Part shown: positions 1 to 9,746 of the stretch, piece by piece | How the letters are laid out: each line of letters begins with the position of its first letter | Numbering within the stretch: the stretch's first letter is position 1 | From: Minisyncoccota bacterium | GTDB taxonomy: Bacteria; Patescibacteriota; Minisyncoccia; UBA6257; 2-01-FULL-56-20 | Assembly: GCA_031291905.1 (NCBI GenBank) | Contig: JARLIC010000137.1 | Coordinates: forward strand, 51,762 to 115,761 | Direction of reading: 5' to 3' | Length of the DNA stretch: 64,000 bases | Translations under genes and position numbers: made by a program | Notes under the pieces: generated by a model | The model's input: only the letters and a program-made list of their open reading frames with translations | What the model was told of the DNA's origin: nothing | Databases searched by the model: none

Positions 1-274
1 GGCGCCGCATGCCCATGGAGTAAGGCTTCGACTCGTAAGCCGGAAGCTTGCTCTTGATGGCGAGGCGCGTCTTGACATCGGTCGTGTATCCATTCTGGTC
101 CACGACGGGCTCGAAGATGATTTCCACCGTGACGGTTCGGGCTTTGGCGTCTCCGGGCCGCTCCTGGCAGTCCTTGGAAACCAAGCTCAGCCGGCTCTTG
201 AGTTCAGCATTGACGCTCCCCGCGTCCAGGATTGCAAGCGACCCGAAGTCGACCTCATGCAGCGAACTTGCCAC
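1..274 (-). CDS. Hypothetical phage protein, runs off the window edge
   Basis: Not in the ORF track. GTG at 274 preceded by GAGGTG. Frame reads VASSLHEVDFGSLAILDAGSVNAELKSRLSLVSKDCQERPGDAKARTVTVEIIFEP... and stays open to position 1. Confidence 0.65.
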   Translation of the reverse strand, partial: MASSLHEVDFGSLAILDAGSVNAELKSRLSLVSKDCQERPGDAKARTVTVEIIFEPVVDQNGYTTDVKTRLAIKSKLPAYESKPYSMGMRR

Positions 275-532
275 GCTTCACCTCTTTCGCCTGATTCTTT
301 GAAGGACTTAATGCCAGACAACCCGACGATTTTCGGAAATCTTGTCAAATTTTCGCCGCTTCCACTTGCAGTACAGCCTATGTATCTTGTATGGTCGACT
401 GTGACGACGGTGCGAACTTTGGTACGCAGAGCGAACGAGGCCGGTTTGAGAGCCGGCTTCGCAAGGACTTTGGAAAGTTTCTGGCTCGACCCGATGCTTC
501 GTCGCCCCGTTGGCCGAATGCTAGCTGAAAAT

Positions 533-575
533 CTTGACAGTTGGAAAGATACAAGTTTCCAGTGTGATTGTCAAG
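533..575. promoter_or_regulatory. Inverted repeat with back-to-back TTGACA -35-like boxes in a divergent intergenic region
   Basis: CTTGACAG-TTGGAAA-gatacaag-TTTCCAG-tgtga-TTGTCAAG lies between divergent genes (274 minus, 641 plus). Confidence 0.5.
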
Positions 576-640
576 GCTAAACCTTCTTCTTGCTTTTCGC
601 CTTGCTTTTCACGGAATTGACTAGAGGTTACCGAACGGAG

Positions 641-1132
641 ATGCCTTTCATGACTACGCCTGACAAGAATTCCAAACCTGCGGCGATTCCCGGCCGCACG
701 TCTCCAGATTACGGAGGCAAGTCGTCGCGAGAAAAACAGATCACCGTCCAGGCGACGCCCGAGATGGTCGAGCTGTTCGACGATGTGATTCATTATCTGA
801 ATCAGCATCGCAAATTCGGCACCAAGAAATATGACAAGAAGAGGTTCTATAACAGTCTTCTTTTGGGGGTGCTGGACTTCCACTACGCCGGCGACTTTGA
901 CATCGAGGAGTTCAAGAAGAAGGGCCTCGTGCTGACCCTGATCGACCGGGGGGCGCTGCTGCATTCGCGGAAGGAGGCGATCGATACAGCGCCTTATGGC
1001 AAGAAGGGGCGAGATTTGGAGGCGGGAGGGAAAGCCAATGCAACCGAGCCCTCGAAGGATGCGAAGGCCCAGCCGCATCGCAAGCTTCCAGGTTTACGCA
1101 TCCCGAAGGATTACCTTTTCGGCGACAATTGA
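641..1132 (+). CDS. Hypothetical protein, possibly a ribbon-helix-helix-like DNA-binding protein
   Basis: ATG after GGAG. KQITVQATPEMVELFDD looks like a strand followed by a helix, as in RHH proteins; weak. Confidence 0.5.
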   Translation: MPFMTTPDKNSKPAAIPGRTSPDYGGKSSREKQITVQATPEMVELFDDVIHYLNQHRKFGTKKYDKKRFYNSLLLGVLDFHYAGDFDIEEFKKKGLVLTLIDRGALLHSRKEAIDTAPYGKKGRDLEAGGKANATEPSKDAKAQPHRKLPGLRIPKDYLFGDN

Positions 1133-1432
1133 CGTCGTGGCGTCTTCGGGGCTGAGGGCGATCAGGATGGGGCCGAATACGAACTGATGCCATGATTCCA
1201 ATTCGGGCATCTTGGATTTGGCCCTGTCCAATAGGTTGGCCGGAATCTTCAGTAGGTCGCGATCCCACATCGTGTCGCCGCGTATACCACGAAATCGGAA
1301 CTGCTCGGGGGCCAGCATCGCCCTCCTTTCTTCTTGCAGTTCCTCCACGATACGCCGATAACGCTCGGCTTCGCACCTCCAGAAGTCCGGGCCGGCTTCG
1401 TCGCCACGCTCTCGCGCATCCTCGGGCGCCAT
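1094..1432 (-). CDS. Hypothetical protein
   Basis: ORF with a GGAGG RBS and an upstream promoter. Confidence 0.6.
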   Translation of the reverse strand: MAPEDARERGDEAGPDFWRCEAERYRRIVEELQEERRAMLAPEQFRFRGIRGDTMWDRDLLKIPANLLDRAKSKMPELESWHQFVFGPILIALSPEDATTSIVAEKVILRDA

Positions 1433-1489
1433 GCGTCATCCTCCGTCGCTGTCATCACACCGGGGGTGGGTTGTTTGCCTCTCCACGAG

Positions 1490-1518
1490 ATCCTAATAAA
1501 TCATGGGCCGCAATGCAA
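1490..1518 (-). promoter_or_regulatory. Sigma70-like promoter
   Basis: TTGCAT-N17-TAGGAT on the minus strand, upstream of 1432. Confidence 0.55.
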
Positions 1519-1693
1519 GCAATTCGCTCTTGACGATCGGCTTCGGAGTATGAATCGGACGCGTCAGCATTGTTCGATGTCGACGCATTTCGTTTCGCAG
1601 TACAGCCTTGCGCCGAAGGTGCATTTGAAAGAAATATCCTAGAAAACCGGATGATTCATGCCTTGGCATCTAGAGTGCATCATCGCGTCAAGC

Positions 1694-1990
1694 TCATTCT
1701 GGCTTGCCATCCGGCCCCGATGCAGCTTTATTTTGCCTATTGACCTCTCTTTCTATGGCAAGATTTAGATAGTGCTCGCACTTCTTTAGATCCTTTAACG
1801 TTGGCTCGCCGATCTTGCTTCCCGCTCGGATGGCGTATTTGCAGATGTTGTACGTCAGGCCGTCGAGACTCTGAAGCAGATGAACGGGCTGGATCGGATG
1901 TCCGCATTTCTTGCATTCAGCGTCCGGGATGCGGTAGTGGGCGGGGCAGCGGTCGTCAGTTTCGGGCGATCGTGTTGTAGTTGGCGACAA
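1694..1990 (-). CDS. DUF3310-like protein (T7 gp1.7 nucleotide kinase-like family)
   Basis: P-x-HY...NICKYAIRAGSK...DLKKCEHYL pattern; TTG start at 1990 after AAGGAGG. Confidence 0.7.
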   Translation of the reverse strand: MSPTTTRSPETDDRCPAHYRIPDAECKKCGHPIQPVHLLQSLDGLTYNICKYAIRAGSKIGEPTLKDLKKCEHYLNLAIEREVNRQNKAASGPDGKPE

Positions 1991-3233
1991 AGCCAGCCTC
2001 CTTGTCATAGATGAACGCCTCGGCGGCGCGAATATTGCCGACGTACCCGTTCTCGCTGTGCCAGGCGTCGGTGGCGCACAGGGACGGAATCCCCCGCACG
2101 CGGACGCCCGCGAACTCGTCACTCTTGAAGCCGTGAAAGTGCCCCGTCTTGAACTCACGCCACGTCGTCTCGGCCCAGTCCTGCTTCCGCTCCTGGGCCA
2201 TGATCAAGGGGAGCTTCTCGCGTTTGATCTTGTCGCCGTGCGTGTAGCCCAGCAGGTTGACGCCGTACCGGACGTACTTGCGGGATTTCAGGTCGCAGTC
2301 GACCTCCACCCGTGCGTCGTGGCGGAAATGGGCCGCGATCGTCCGTGCCAGGTGGTACGACGTGTGCCAGTCGTGGTTGCCGGGGACCAGGACGACCTTG
2401 ACCTTCGGGCAGCGGTCGGCGAACAGCTCGATCGCACCGACGTTACAGTCCATGCCGATTCCAACCATCTTGGGATACCGACCGTCCAGCTCCAGTTGCG
2501 TGCCGGCGGTGGTCGTGTTGCGGGTCGCATCGACGTGGAAGTGGTCGCTCCCGATCAGGAAGACGACCTCTTCGACGTCGTACTTGTCGAGACGACCCCA
2601 GAGTTCCTCCACCGCTTCACCGAAGACGCGTTCGGCGATCCGCAAGTCGTAGTTCTCGCCCGTCTCGGGCGCCCAGCACAGCTTCCCGAGGTGCAGGTCG
2701 GGGATGTTGATCTCGGCCAGGACGCCGCTGTTGGTTTTGCGTGGGGGCAGGGGAGGGCGGCTGAAGAAAGGAGCCTTCTCCGCCATCCGTGCGAAGAACG
2801 CTTCGGATGCGTCGGTCAACTGCTTGGGGATCAGCCGTTCCAGTTTCAACGAGACCCGCCAGAGGCCGTGGCGCTCGGCCTCGTCCGCACCGTTCCCCTT
2901 CATCTTCATGACGACTTCCCAGGCCGTGCATCCCCAGGTCTTGACGCGCCACGTCGCCAGGTCGACTTCGGCGTAGGCGACGGCGTCTTCCAGGGTGCGG
3001 ATGCGGCGGGGGCTGGCGAGTTCCAAACTCTGTTCGTCGCCGGTTTCCACGATCTTGGATCGCATCCCGTCCGCCGTCGGCTCGTCGATCGCGGCGTCGC
3101 GGTCCAGCTTGTGAAAATAGGCAAGAGCGGCGCTAGCCGAACAGTTGGCTTGCGAGCCGCCGACCCGGCACGAGCCGCCGGACTCGCGGACCTGACGAAG
3201 AATCCTCTTCTGATCGGGCGTCAACTTGGCCAA
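1956..3233 (-). CDS. Calcineurin-like metallophosphoesterase
   Basis: Motifs PDLHLG, GSDHFH, PGNHD, THGD, GHFH. Start refined to TTG 3233 (ORF extends to 3293). Confidence 0.85.
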   Translation of the reverse strand: MAKLTPDQKRILRQVRESGGSCRVGGSQANCSASAALAYFHKLDRDAAIDEPTADGMRSKIVETGDEQSLELASPRRIRTLEDAVAYAEVDLATWRVKTWGCTAWEVVMKMKGNGADEAERHGLWRVSLKLERLIPKQLTDASEAFFARMAEKAPFFSRPPLPPRKTNSGVLAEINIPDLHLGKLCWAPETGENYDLRIAERVFGEAVEELWGRLDKYDVEEVVFLIGSDHFHVDATRNTTTAGTQLELDGRYPKMVGIGMDCNVGAIELFADRCPKVKVVLVPGNHDWHTSYHLARTIAAHFRHDARVEVDCDLKSRKYVRYGVNLLGYTHGDKIKREKLPLIMAQERKQDWAETTWREFKTGHFHGFKSDEFAGVRVRGIPSLCATDAWHSENGYVGNIRAAEAFIYDKEAGFVANYNTIARN

Positions 3234-3308
3234 GGTGCAATTCCTTTTGGTGGGACCAAAAGCAAGGCGGATTGCAAGAAATAAGTATTGCAAATCGACG
3301 CCGACGAG

Positions 3309-3626
3309 TCAAGCGTCGTCCGCGTCGGGATCGTCGAAGACGTCGACGGGCTCCAGGTCGGATCGGAAGATCCGGGCCGCGCGTTCGCAGGCGGCGATCG
3401 TCATCTCCCACGACGCGTACTTCAGGCGCCCCCTGGTGTCGTGGGGAAGCTCGATCGGCATCTTGCCGCCGGCCGCGAGCTGGACGAACGGCAGGATCGC
3501 TTTCAGCCACAGCCGGTCGCTCGACTGGACCGCCAGGTATTCCGGGTCGACGTCGATGCACTCGTGGGAACAATCGAAACCATCGTCTTCGCCGTCGTCG
3601 ATCGGCGATTCGTCCAGTTCGTTCAT
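3309..3626 (-). CDS. Hypothetical acidic protein
   Basis: ATGA-coupled to the HNH gene; RBS present. Confidence 0.6.
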   Translation of the reverse strand: MNELDESPIDDGEDDGFDCSHECIDVDPEYLAVQSSDRLWLKAILPFVQLAAGGKMPIELPHDTRGRLKYASWEMTIAACERAARIFRSDLEPVDVFDDPDADDA

Positions 3627-3910
3627 GATGCCTTCCTCTCCCGCGAAAGGGATTGGTCCGCTTTCTGGTGGCACTCTTTACACAAAAATTGCACGCAAAT
3701 CGGATCGGAATGGTCTGGATGATGGCGATCCAAGATCCTAGAATGAAAACAGGCTTGACAGACCGCAGGGCGGTCGATCAAGCCAAGTCGTTCCGCCAAT
3801 GCGGCGGCGCGACGGGCGGCGTGGTGCCGGTTCCGTCGCGACGTTCTATAGTTTTGAGAAGCTGCGATCGCACGGTTGAGCCTGCTGGCGAGTCGGGCTC
3901 GTTCGGTCAT
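3623..3910 (-). CDS. Small HNH endonuclease-like zinc-binding protein
   Basis: CQAC...RHHPDHSDPICVQFLCKECH matches the small phage HNH pattern. Confidence 0.7.
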   Translation of the reverse strand: MTERARLASRLNRAIAASQNYRTSRRNRHHAARRAAALAERLGLIDRPAVCQACFHSRILDRHHPDHSDPICVQFLCKECHQKADQSLSRERKAS

Positions 3911-3942
3911 GGCGTTTACACCCTGGGGAGGATGGTAAATCG

Positions 3943-4578
3943 ATGATGACGATGGTAGTTTGTGCGGCGGCCTTGGTAGGGCAGGCGCCCAAGGCTGAAA
4001 AACCGATGGCGTTGGACCCGGTCACTCAGGGTCGCGTCTACGCGGCATACACCGGTGCCAGGGAATGGTCGTTCGGCTTGGCCAACAAGCTCTGTTACCG
4101 GAACCCAATGGTCCCCCTTCTTAACAGGGCTCGCCAGAAATCCGACGCTGTTTACAGCTACACGCTTTACCACCTAGAGGAAGGCGCCGCCAAACAGATC
4201 TGCGAGGCGTACGGGATATCGCGGATGACGCTCGCCAAGGTGATCGCGGACCCTCGCAGCCAGGACGTCGACTTCATTCCCGAGACGAACGGGGATGGAG
4301 GGATCGCGATGGCGACCGCCACCAATTTCAGCAGAGGGACGCGGTTTAACCCAAGGAAGGTCGTCTTGCCAGCGTCGATAGCCAGGCGGATCGGGTACAA
4401 GAATCCAGACCCGAACGCGCCGCCACCGCCACCGCCCTGGCGTCCTGAGTCGTACACGAGCGATGGTCGTCGGATACCGGGAAGGGCGGCGGATCCAGAG
4501 ATCGAACAAAGAAAGAAGGAGATCAAGGAAAGAGCAAAAAACACCGTGATCAAAGACCCGATTCCCGCATCGCCGTGA
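3943..4578 (+). CDS. Secreted hypothetical protein (moron-like, opposite strand)
   Basis: N-terminal signal-like MMTMVVCAAALVGQAP, GGAGG RBS, Pro-rich C-terminus. Confidence 0.65.
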   Translation: MMTMVVCAAALVGQAPKAEKPMALDPVTQGRVYAAYTGAREWSFGLANKLCYRNPMVPLLNRARQKSDAVYSYTLYHLEEGAAKQICEAYGISRMTLAKVIADPRSQDVDFIPETNGDGGIAMATATNFSRGTRFNPRKVVLPASIARRIGYKNPDPNAPPPPPPWRPESYTSDGRRIPGRAADPEIEQRKKEIKERAKNTVIKDPIPASP

Positions 4579-4580
4579 TC

Positions 4581-5087
4581 CTAAGACCTGGACAATCCGC
4601 CATAACTCTTGAGAACGGCCGTGTACGTCATTACGCCGTCGATGATCATCTTGGCGAAAAAATTCGTGACCAAGAAGTAGCCCTGCCAGTATTGATCGGT
4701 GGCACTGATTCCAAGTTGCGCGTAGGCGATGACCGAGCCGTCGAACAGGGCCGTCATGAGCGTATACGGGACCACGCCGACGTTGAAAACGCCCTCGATC
4801 CGAACATCCGTCTGAATGGCCACTGGCAGCGAGGCCGCGAACACCAGGTCCATCGAACTGTCGTAGTGGACCGACGATGTTACGTCCGACGTCTGAACGT
4901 CCGTGCGGGCCTCCCATGATCGGATAGGGACGAACGTCGGAGCAAGCGGCTTCGTCCTGTCGCGACCGGGCGGCTTGGTGAGGAACACGAACTTGGTCCC
5001 CGCACCCGCATCGTTAGTGTAGCCTAAATAGAGATAGCCTTGGGTTCCCGCACGTTTCCCGTCGTCGCCGTCATCAAATCCCGCCAT
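4581..5087 (-). CDS. Tail tube-like protein, paralog of 10469..10882
   Basis: DDGKRAGTQGYL vs EDGKRVGMQSYI; VRIEGVFNVGVVP vs VNVEGMFHVDSIP; GYFLVTNF vs GLFDISNF. Confidence 0.7.
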   Translation of the reverse strand: MAGFDDGDDGKRAGTQGYLYLGYTNDAGAGTKFVFLTKPPGRDRTKPLAPTFVPIRSWEARTDVQTSDVTSSVHYDSSMDLVFAASLPVAIQTDVRIEGVFNVGVVPYTLMTALFDGSVIAYAQLGISATDQYWQGYFLVTNFFAKMIIDGVMTYTAVLKSYGGLSRS

Positions 5088-5448
5088 CGTCGCTCCATTT
5101 GCCCAGCGGGCATTCCATGTCGCGGCCCCACGGCTTCACGGCCATCGAACATCTGCACTCTCGGCACTTGTTCCGCTTGGCGTCGAAGGACTCGCACGTC
5201 TCGCATATCGCGTGGCGGCGGTCGAATTCGGCCTGATCGACGGTCGCGCAGCCGGACTTGATGAACGTCCCGACCGCCACGGCAAGACTTCCGACTTGCT
5301 CAAGCAGCGGCGGATATTCGGGCTCGACTCCGTTGTGCCGGTCGATCACGCGTCGCCATTTCTCCGGGCTCTTGGCGTGGTTATTGCACAAAACCGCGTA
5401 CGAATCGCACTCGCCCGTGATCGGGCAGCCGGAGCACTTCGGGTCCAT
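5074..5448 (-). CDS. Cys-rich protein (DUF6171-like C-terminus)
   Basis: RHAICETC...KCRECRC...CPLGKW; ATG at 5448. Confidence 0.6.
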   Translation of the reverse strand: MDPKCSGCPITGECDSYAVLCNNHAKSPEKWRRVIDRHNGVEPEYPPLLEQVGSLAVAVGTFIKSGCATVDQAEFDRRHAICETCESFDAKRNKCRECRCSMAVKPWGRDMECPLGKWSDDGGI

Positions 5449-6941
5449 CAAGCGACCTCGTCGATGAAAATGCGCGTGACGACGTCCCCGGCGCCGATCG
5501 GCAGCGGGGCCGAGTAGTGCACAGGGCCGGACGTGTAATCGAGGTGAAGTGGACCGCACGACGATCCGCTTCCAAAGGTCACGGCAAGTCCGGACGTCGG
5601 CCAGTTTCCCGCTCCGGTTCCATCGATGGAGCCATAAGGGTAAGACGGACTGCTTCCGCCGTACACGATATTGATTCCATCGATTGCAAACGGGGCGTAG
5701 AGCGATGTGCAGTCGAAATAGATCGCCACCTTGAATGGAGCCGACGGCCTGGGAAAAAAAGGGTCCGACCTCCAGTGGCCGAGTTTCGTGGAGCCGGGCC
5801 GCAGCGACCCGTTAGGCATCTCCCAGGGCGCATCGGAGTACTTCATAGTCACCGAGTAGAGCGTGGTCGTCGTCGGCGGCCCGGCGGGGAAGGTGGGCGT
5901 CCGCACTTCGATGTACGTAAGCACCAGGTCTTTCTTGGGGAGGTCGCAGGGCCAGCAACATCGCCCCTTGAGCACCGCGTCGGGAGCGTCCTTGGTGTTG
6001 ACGCTTCCGTTCTTGGAGCCGTCCGCCGCAATTAGGTTGAACGTCTGGGCGCCGATGCCGCCGCTGGAAGCATAGTAAGTACGGGGGCCGGCGACGATTC
6101 CGTACCCCCATTTCAGAAACGCCAGTCCGCCGCATTCCAACTGGACGTTGTGGCCGCCCGGTGCGTTGGTCGGGTTCGTGTAGGAGGGTTGGTTCCACCA
6201 GTCGACGTTGCCGATCCACCGATAATTCTGTGTGCCGTCGTTATTGAAGATCGGGGTCTTCGTTAAACGCACCGACCCCACTCTATTTTCCTCGGCGATC
6301 GACTCGTCCTTGATATTATACGACAAGACCACGTCGCCGTCGGGATAGAAGCCCTGGGCGACGCCGCTTGACCCGGCCGCACCCCCGCAGTTTCGACATG
6401 GGCACCGTAACGTCGCCGCTGCATCCACGTCGAACGCAATGACTGGGTTCAGCCAGGGGGCCGGGAGGCCGAATTGCTGGACGATCGCGAACGTCGCCGT
6501 GATCGGGTCGCATGCTATTGAGTCGTGAGGGATGGACCTGGCGTCAATAGAGCCGCTTGAATCGCCCGGCTGGCTCGCGTTGAACAACCGCACGCCGGCT
6601 GGACACGTGGAGACGGAGTATCGCACGGTGAGCTGCATGCCCCCCCGGCTGGGATCGGTAAGCAGGACGTCGTCGATGCACGTCAGCTCATATCGATAGT
6701 ACGCAACGCCCGTCTTTCTGACGCAATCGCCGCTGGTCCAATCGTCGGTCGTCCACGCAATCCAATCCGTCTGCCACGGACGTCCTCCGGAAGCCATTGG
6801 GGTCGGCTGTTTAAGCGCATACACGCCGAGGTCGTCCGTGACGACGCCGTTCTTGAGGTATTGACCGTCGCACGCCTTGCAGCCGTTGAGGCACTGAGGC
6901 GAGCTTCCGCAGCAGCAGCCTTGGCGGTTCTTGGCACCCAA
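5448..6941 (-). CDS. Cys-rich putative tail-tip/virion protein
   Basis: Lies downstream of the tape measure; GCCCG N-terminus, several Cys clusters, beta-rich. Confidence 0.6.
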   Translation of the reverse strand: MGAKNRQGCCCGSSPQCLNGCKACDGQYLKNGVVTDDLGVYALKQPTPMASGGRPWQTDWIAWTTDDWTSGDCVRKTGVAYYRYELTCIDDVLLTDPSRGGMQLTVRYSVSTCPAGVRLFNASQPGDSSGSIDARSIPHDSIACDPITATFAIVQQFGLPAPWLNPVIAFDVDAAATLRCPCRNCGGAAGSSGVAQGFYPDGDVVLSYNIKDESIAEENRVGSVRLTKTPIFNNDGTQNYRWIGNVDWWNQPSYTNPTNAPGGHNVQLECGGLAFLKWGYGIVAGPRTYYASSGGIGAQTFNLIAADGSKNGSVNTKDAPDAVLKGRCCWPCDLPKKDLVLTYIEVRTPTFPAGPPTTTTLYSVTMKYSDAPWEMPNGSLRPGSTKLGHWRSDPFFPRPSAPFKVAIYFDCTSLYAPFAIDGINIVYGGSSPSYPYGSIDGTGAGNWPTSGLAVTFGSGSSCGPLHLDYTSGPVHYSAPLPIGAGDVVTRIFIDEVA

Positions 6942-6954
6942 TGGGTCGTCCTCG

Positions 6955-7386
6955 TCAAGATGATCCGTCGCACTCTTCCCAGATCACTTGCCAGACGTTG
7001 AGGATCTTGGCGAGCACTAGATACTGACTACCGCCGACACTGGAAAGCCCCATGTTGTAAGCCTTGATCGGGTTTTCCTGGTCCACCTTAAGCACGCAAT
7101 CCCCGCTGTCGTCGCGAGCCAGTCGGACGGCGTAAACATCCGCTTTCCCGAGCATGCGATTGCCGTCGGCGTCATCTTCGGACGCCGGGATTCCATCTGT
7201 CCCCGATTTGGCGTACATCAGGGTCGGTGCGTTAAGATATACCTGCCTCCCGCTTGGACCCGTCATCATGCCGAGCCCAGGGCCGGGACTTGTTCCAGCC
7301 TGATCCGACACCGCCCGGTTCAACTGGCTGATCGCCTTGGCGAACGGATTCGACGACGCGAATTTGGTGAGCTTTGGGCGAAACAT
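6955..7386 (-). CDS. Putative tail protein
   Basis: Coupled ORF in the tail-tip region. Confidence 0.55.
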   Translation of the reverse strand: MFRPKLTKFASSNPFAKAISQLNRAVSDQAGTSPGPGLGMMTGPSGRQVYLNAPTLMYAKSGTDGIPASEDDADGNRMLGKADVYAVRLARDDSGDCVLKVDQENPIKAYNMGLSSVGGSQYLVLAKILNVWQVIWEECDGSS

Positions 7387-8384
7387 CAGTCGGCGTACTC
7401 CGGCCAGATGTCGAATTGCAATTCCGCCGTGGAGTAGGGGGCTTCTCCACCTTTAACCTGGATCACTTGGTCCCATTTCCCATCTGGAGAAACGAAATAG
7501 TTCCAGCTCGATTGATTGCTTCCGTTTACATCTTCGACGAGGCCGTTCGCAAGAATATGGTGCGTAATGTCGTACGTCAGGCCGCCGGTCGCGACGTCCG
7601 GCCTGGCTTCATACTCGTAGCTGAGATAAAGCATGCTTTCGGCCTTGAACGCCGTATTGCCAAAACCGAGAGGGATGTCGTTTGTTTTGCCAACGAGGTT
7701 ATTGAGTTTTTCCGAATCAACGAACGGCATGTTGTGGCGGGTGATTGTGATCTCAAGTTTGGGCCGAACGAGGCCCACCTTGGAGTCGTCGATGTTTTCG
7801 CCGCTGGTCGCGAATTTGTACCCTGAAGCGTAAGGCGAATACGCCTCTCCGGCCGCCTTGATCCGCGTCGTCGTGAACGGATATCCGCTGAGATCCGCAC
7901 CGGGGAAGTTGGGATCGAACTCCTTGTCGTCGACAATGTACGTCGGAACGCCCCACGTCGTGGGGATGACGACCATGGCGTACATGCCCCATCCGACCAT
8001 GCCCGTGGCCGACCCGTCGCCGTCAGTGCGAAATTTTACGGGGCGGAATTCCCCCGTCCCCATGCAGATCATGCGGTCCCATAGGTAGCCGCTTTGTTGG
8101 CCTGGCAGCCCCGGCGATTTATCACCGCTGATCACAGGGAGTTTCGTTGGAAGTTTGCGATAGTATTTGCCGCCCGAATATGAAGACGAGCCGGCGAGCA
8201 ACTGAAGAAACTTGATGTAGTCCTTCCATGCGATCAAGAAATCAATTTGGACGACAAGCCCCTGGTCGGTCCAGGACGGACGGATTCCGCCCTGAGATCC
8301 ATTCTCGCCCACGAAGATCGCGGCTTGAACGCCGTCGTCTCCCCCGAATTGAATGGGATCGCTGGAATACGGATTATTGGCCAC
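7386..8384 (-). CDS. Putative distal tail/hub protein
   Basis: Immediately downstream of the tape measure; beta-rich, 332 aa. Confidence 0.55.
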   Translation of the reverse strand: MANNPYSSDPIQFGGDDGVQAAIFVGENGSQGGIRPSWTDQGLVVQIDFLIAWKDYIKFLQLLAGSSSYSGGKYYRKLPTKLPVISGDKSPGLPGQQSGYLWDRMICMGTGEFRPVKFRTDGDGSATGMVGWGMYAMVVIPTTWGVPTYIVDDKEFDPNFPGADLSGYPFTTTRIKAAGEAYSPYASGYKFATSGENIDDSKVGLVRPKLEITITRHNMPFVDSEKLNNLVGKTNDIPLGFGNTAFKAESMLYLSYEYEARPDVATGGLTYDITHHILANGLVEDVNGSNQSSWNYFVSPDGKWDQVIQVKGGEAPYSTAELQFDIWPEYAD

Positions 8385-8396
8385 GCGATATCATCC

Positions 8397-9746
8397 TCAG
8401 AAGGGGACGGCCCCGAGTTGGGGCTGTTTGGCCATCTTCTCGATCGCAACCGTCATGCGCTGTTGCTGTTCGAGCGATTTCTTGGCGATCTCGGTTTGAT
8501 TGCGAAGTTCATTGTGCTTGCCGCCGGTGATGGCATCCTGGATCTGACGACTCAAGCCCTGGATATCCGTGTAGGCGGCCCCGCGATGGCCGCCGCCTTT
8601 CTTGAGAGCGGCTTCCTCGGCGCTGAGCGTCAACTGGTCCTGGATCAAAGCCTTGTTTCGCTTGTCGACCTCGATGTCGGCATTCATTGCGTCTGCATCA
8701 CGCTGGGCGAGTTCCAGTTGAGATTTGCCGGACACGGCGTCCCAGAATCGACCCAAGAAGCTGGACCCCGAACTGAGGCCCTGGACCATGCTCGTCGTCG
8801 CCGAAACCACCGCGTTGAGCATCTGAAGCAGCTTCGTGAAGACAGGAAGTACCGTTTCCCCAATCGCGGCCGACAGGTTCTCCCAGTTCCCCTTGAGCAT
8901 GCGGAGCTGCATCGAATAGCGATCCTGAGATCGAACGATGTCTCCTTCGGCCCTCGCCAGTCCACCCGTGATCAAGGCGTATCGCGCCAACACCTTGGCC
9001 GAGTCCGTGACCACGCCGTCCGTGCCCACTAGCCCCATCTCGAACGCCTTGGCTTTAACCTTGGCTTCGGTCAGAAGCACGCCGAATTCACGGAGCGGGC
9101 GCGACATGCCCGAAAGGCCTGACTGAATCTTCCGCATCGCATCTTCGACGGGCACGTTGAAGAACGACGACGCTTCGGCGGCGAGTTTGGATAGGTTGGC
9201 ACCCATCTTCGCCGAGTCCTTCTCACTGGCCCCCGCGCCTTGCAGGAGGAGACCGGAAGAGGAGGAAAGTTCGTGGGTCTCCCGTTTGGATACTCCGTAC
9301 TTCGCCGCGAGTTCGTCGGCTTGATTTCCGACGATGCCTTTGTGCGAACCGAACACCTGTTGCGACTTGGCTTCAGCTTCCTGGAGTTCGCTGGCCGATT
9401 CGGCCGCCGCCTTGAGGCTGGTCGTCAACAACTCCAGGGAGCCGACGACCGCCGCAATCGCGATCGCCGCAGTGCCGCCGGGGATGGCGGCTCCGGCCGC
9501 AGGATTCGCATTTTGCGGACGGGGCGTCAAATTGGCTACTGCGCCAAGACCTCCTCCTCCTCTATGGAGAAGCGCCCCGTAAATACTCCCGACTGCACCT
9601 CCGAAATTTCCGCCAAGCTTATTGGCGATCGTCAGGAACCCGCTCATCTGCCGCTTGGTCTGAGCCAGGGCGTGGTCAAGCCCCTGTGTGTTCGCCCCGA
9701 TGTTGATCACGGCTGAGCCGAGAACATGGGCGTTCATAAAATTCAT
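8397..9746 (-). CDS. Tail tape measure protein
   Basis: Ala/Gly/Leu-rich helical protein with ASELQEAEAKSQQVFG, LAAEASSFFNV, IQSGLSGMSRPLREFG; follows the chaperone genes. Confidence 0.9.
   Translation of the reverse strand: MNFMNAHVLGSAVINIGANTQGLDHALAQTKRQMSGFLTIANKLGGNFGGAVGSIYGALLHRGGGGLGAVANLTPRPQNANPAAGAAIPGGTAAIAIAAVVGSLELLTTSLKAAAESASELQEAEAKSQQVFGSHKGIVGNQADELAAKYGVSKRETHELSSSSGLLLQGAGASEKDSAKMGANLSKLAAEASSFFNVPVEDAMRKIQSGLSGMSRPLREFGVLLTEAKVKAKAFEMGLVGTDGVVTDSAKVLARYALITGGLARAEGDIVRSQDRYSMQLRMLKGNWENLSAAIGETVLPVFTKLLQMLNAVVSATTSMVQGLSSGSSFLGRFWDAVSGKSQLELAQRDADAMNADIEVDKRNKALIQDQLTLSAEEAALKKGGGHRGAAYTDIQGLSRQIQDAITGGKHNELRNQTEIAKKSLEQQQRMTVAIEKMAKQPQLGAVPF

Noticed and set aside
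2058-3284. 408-aa plus-strand ORF
   Set aside because: Antisense shadow of the metallophosphoesterase; expected in GC-rich DNA and has no motifs.
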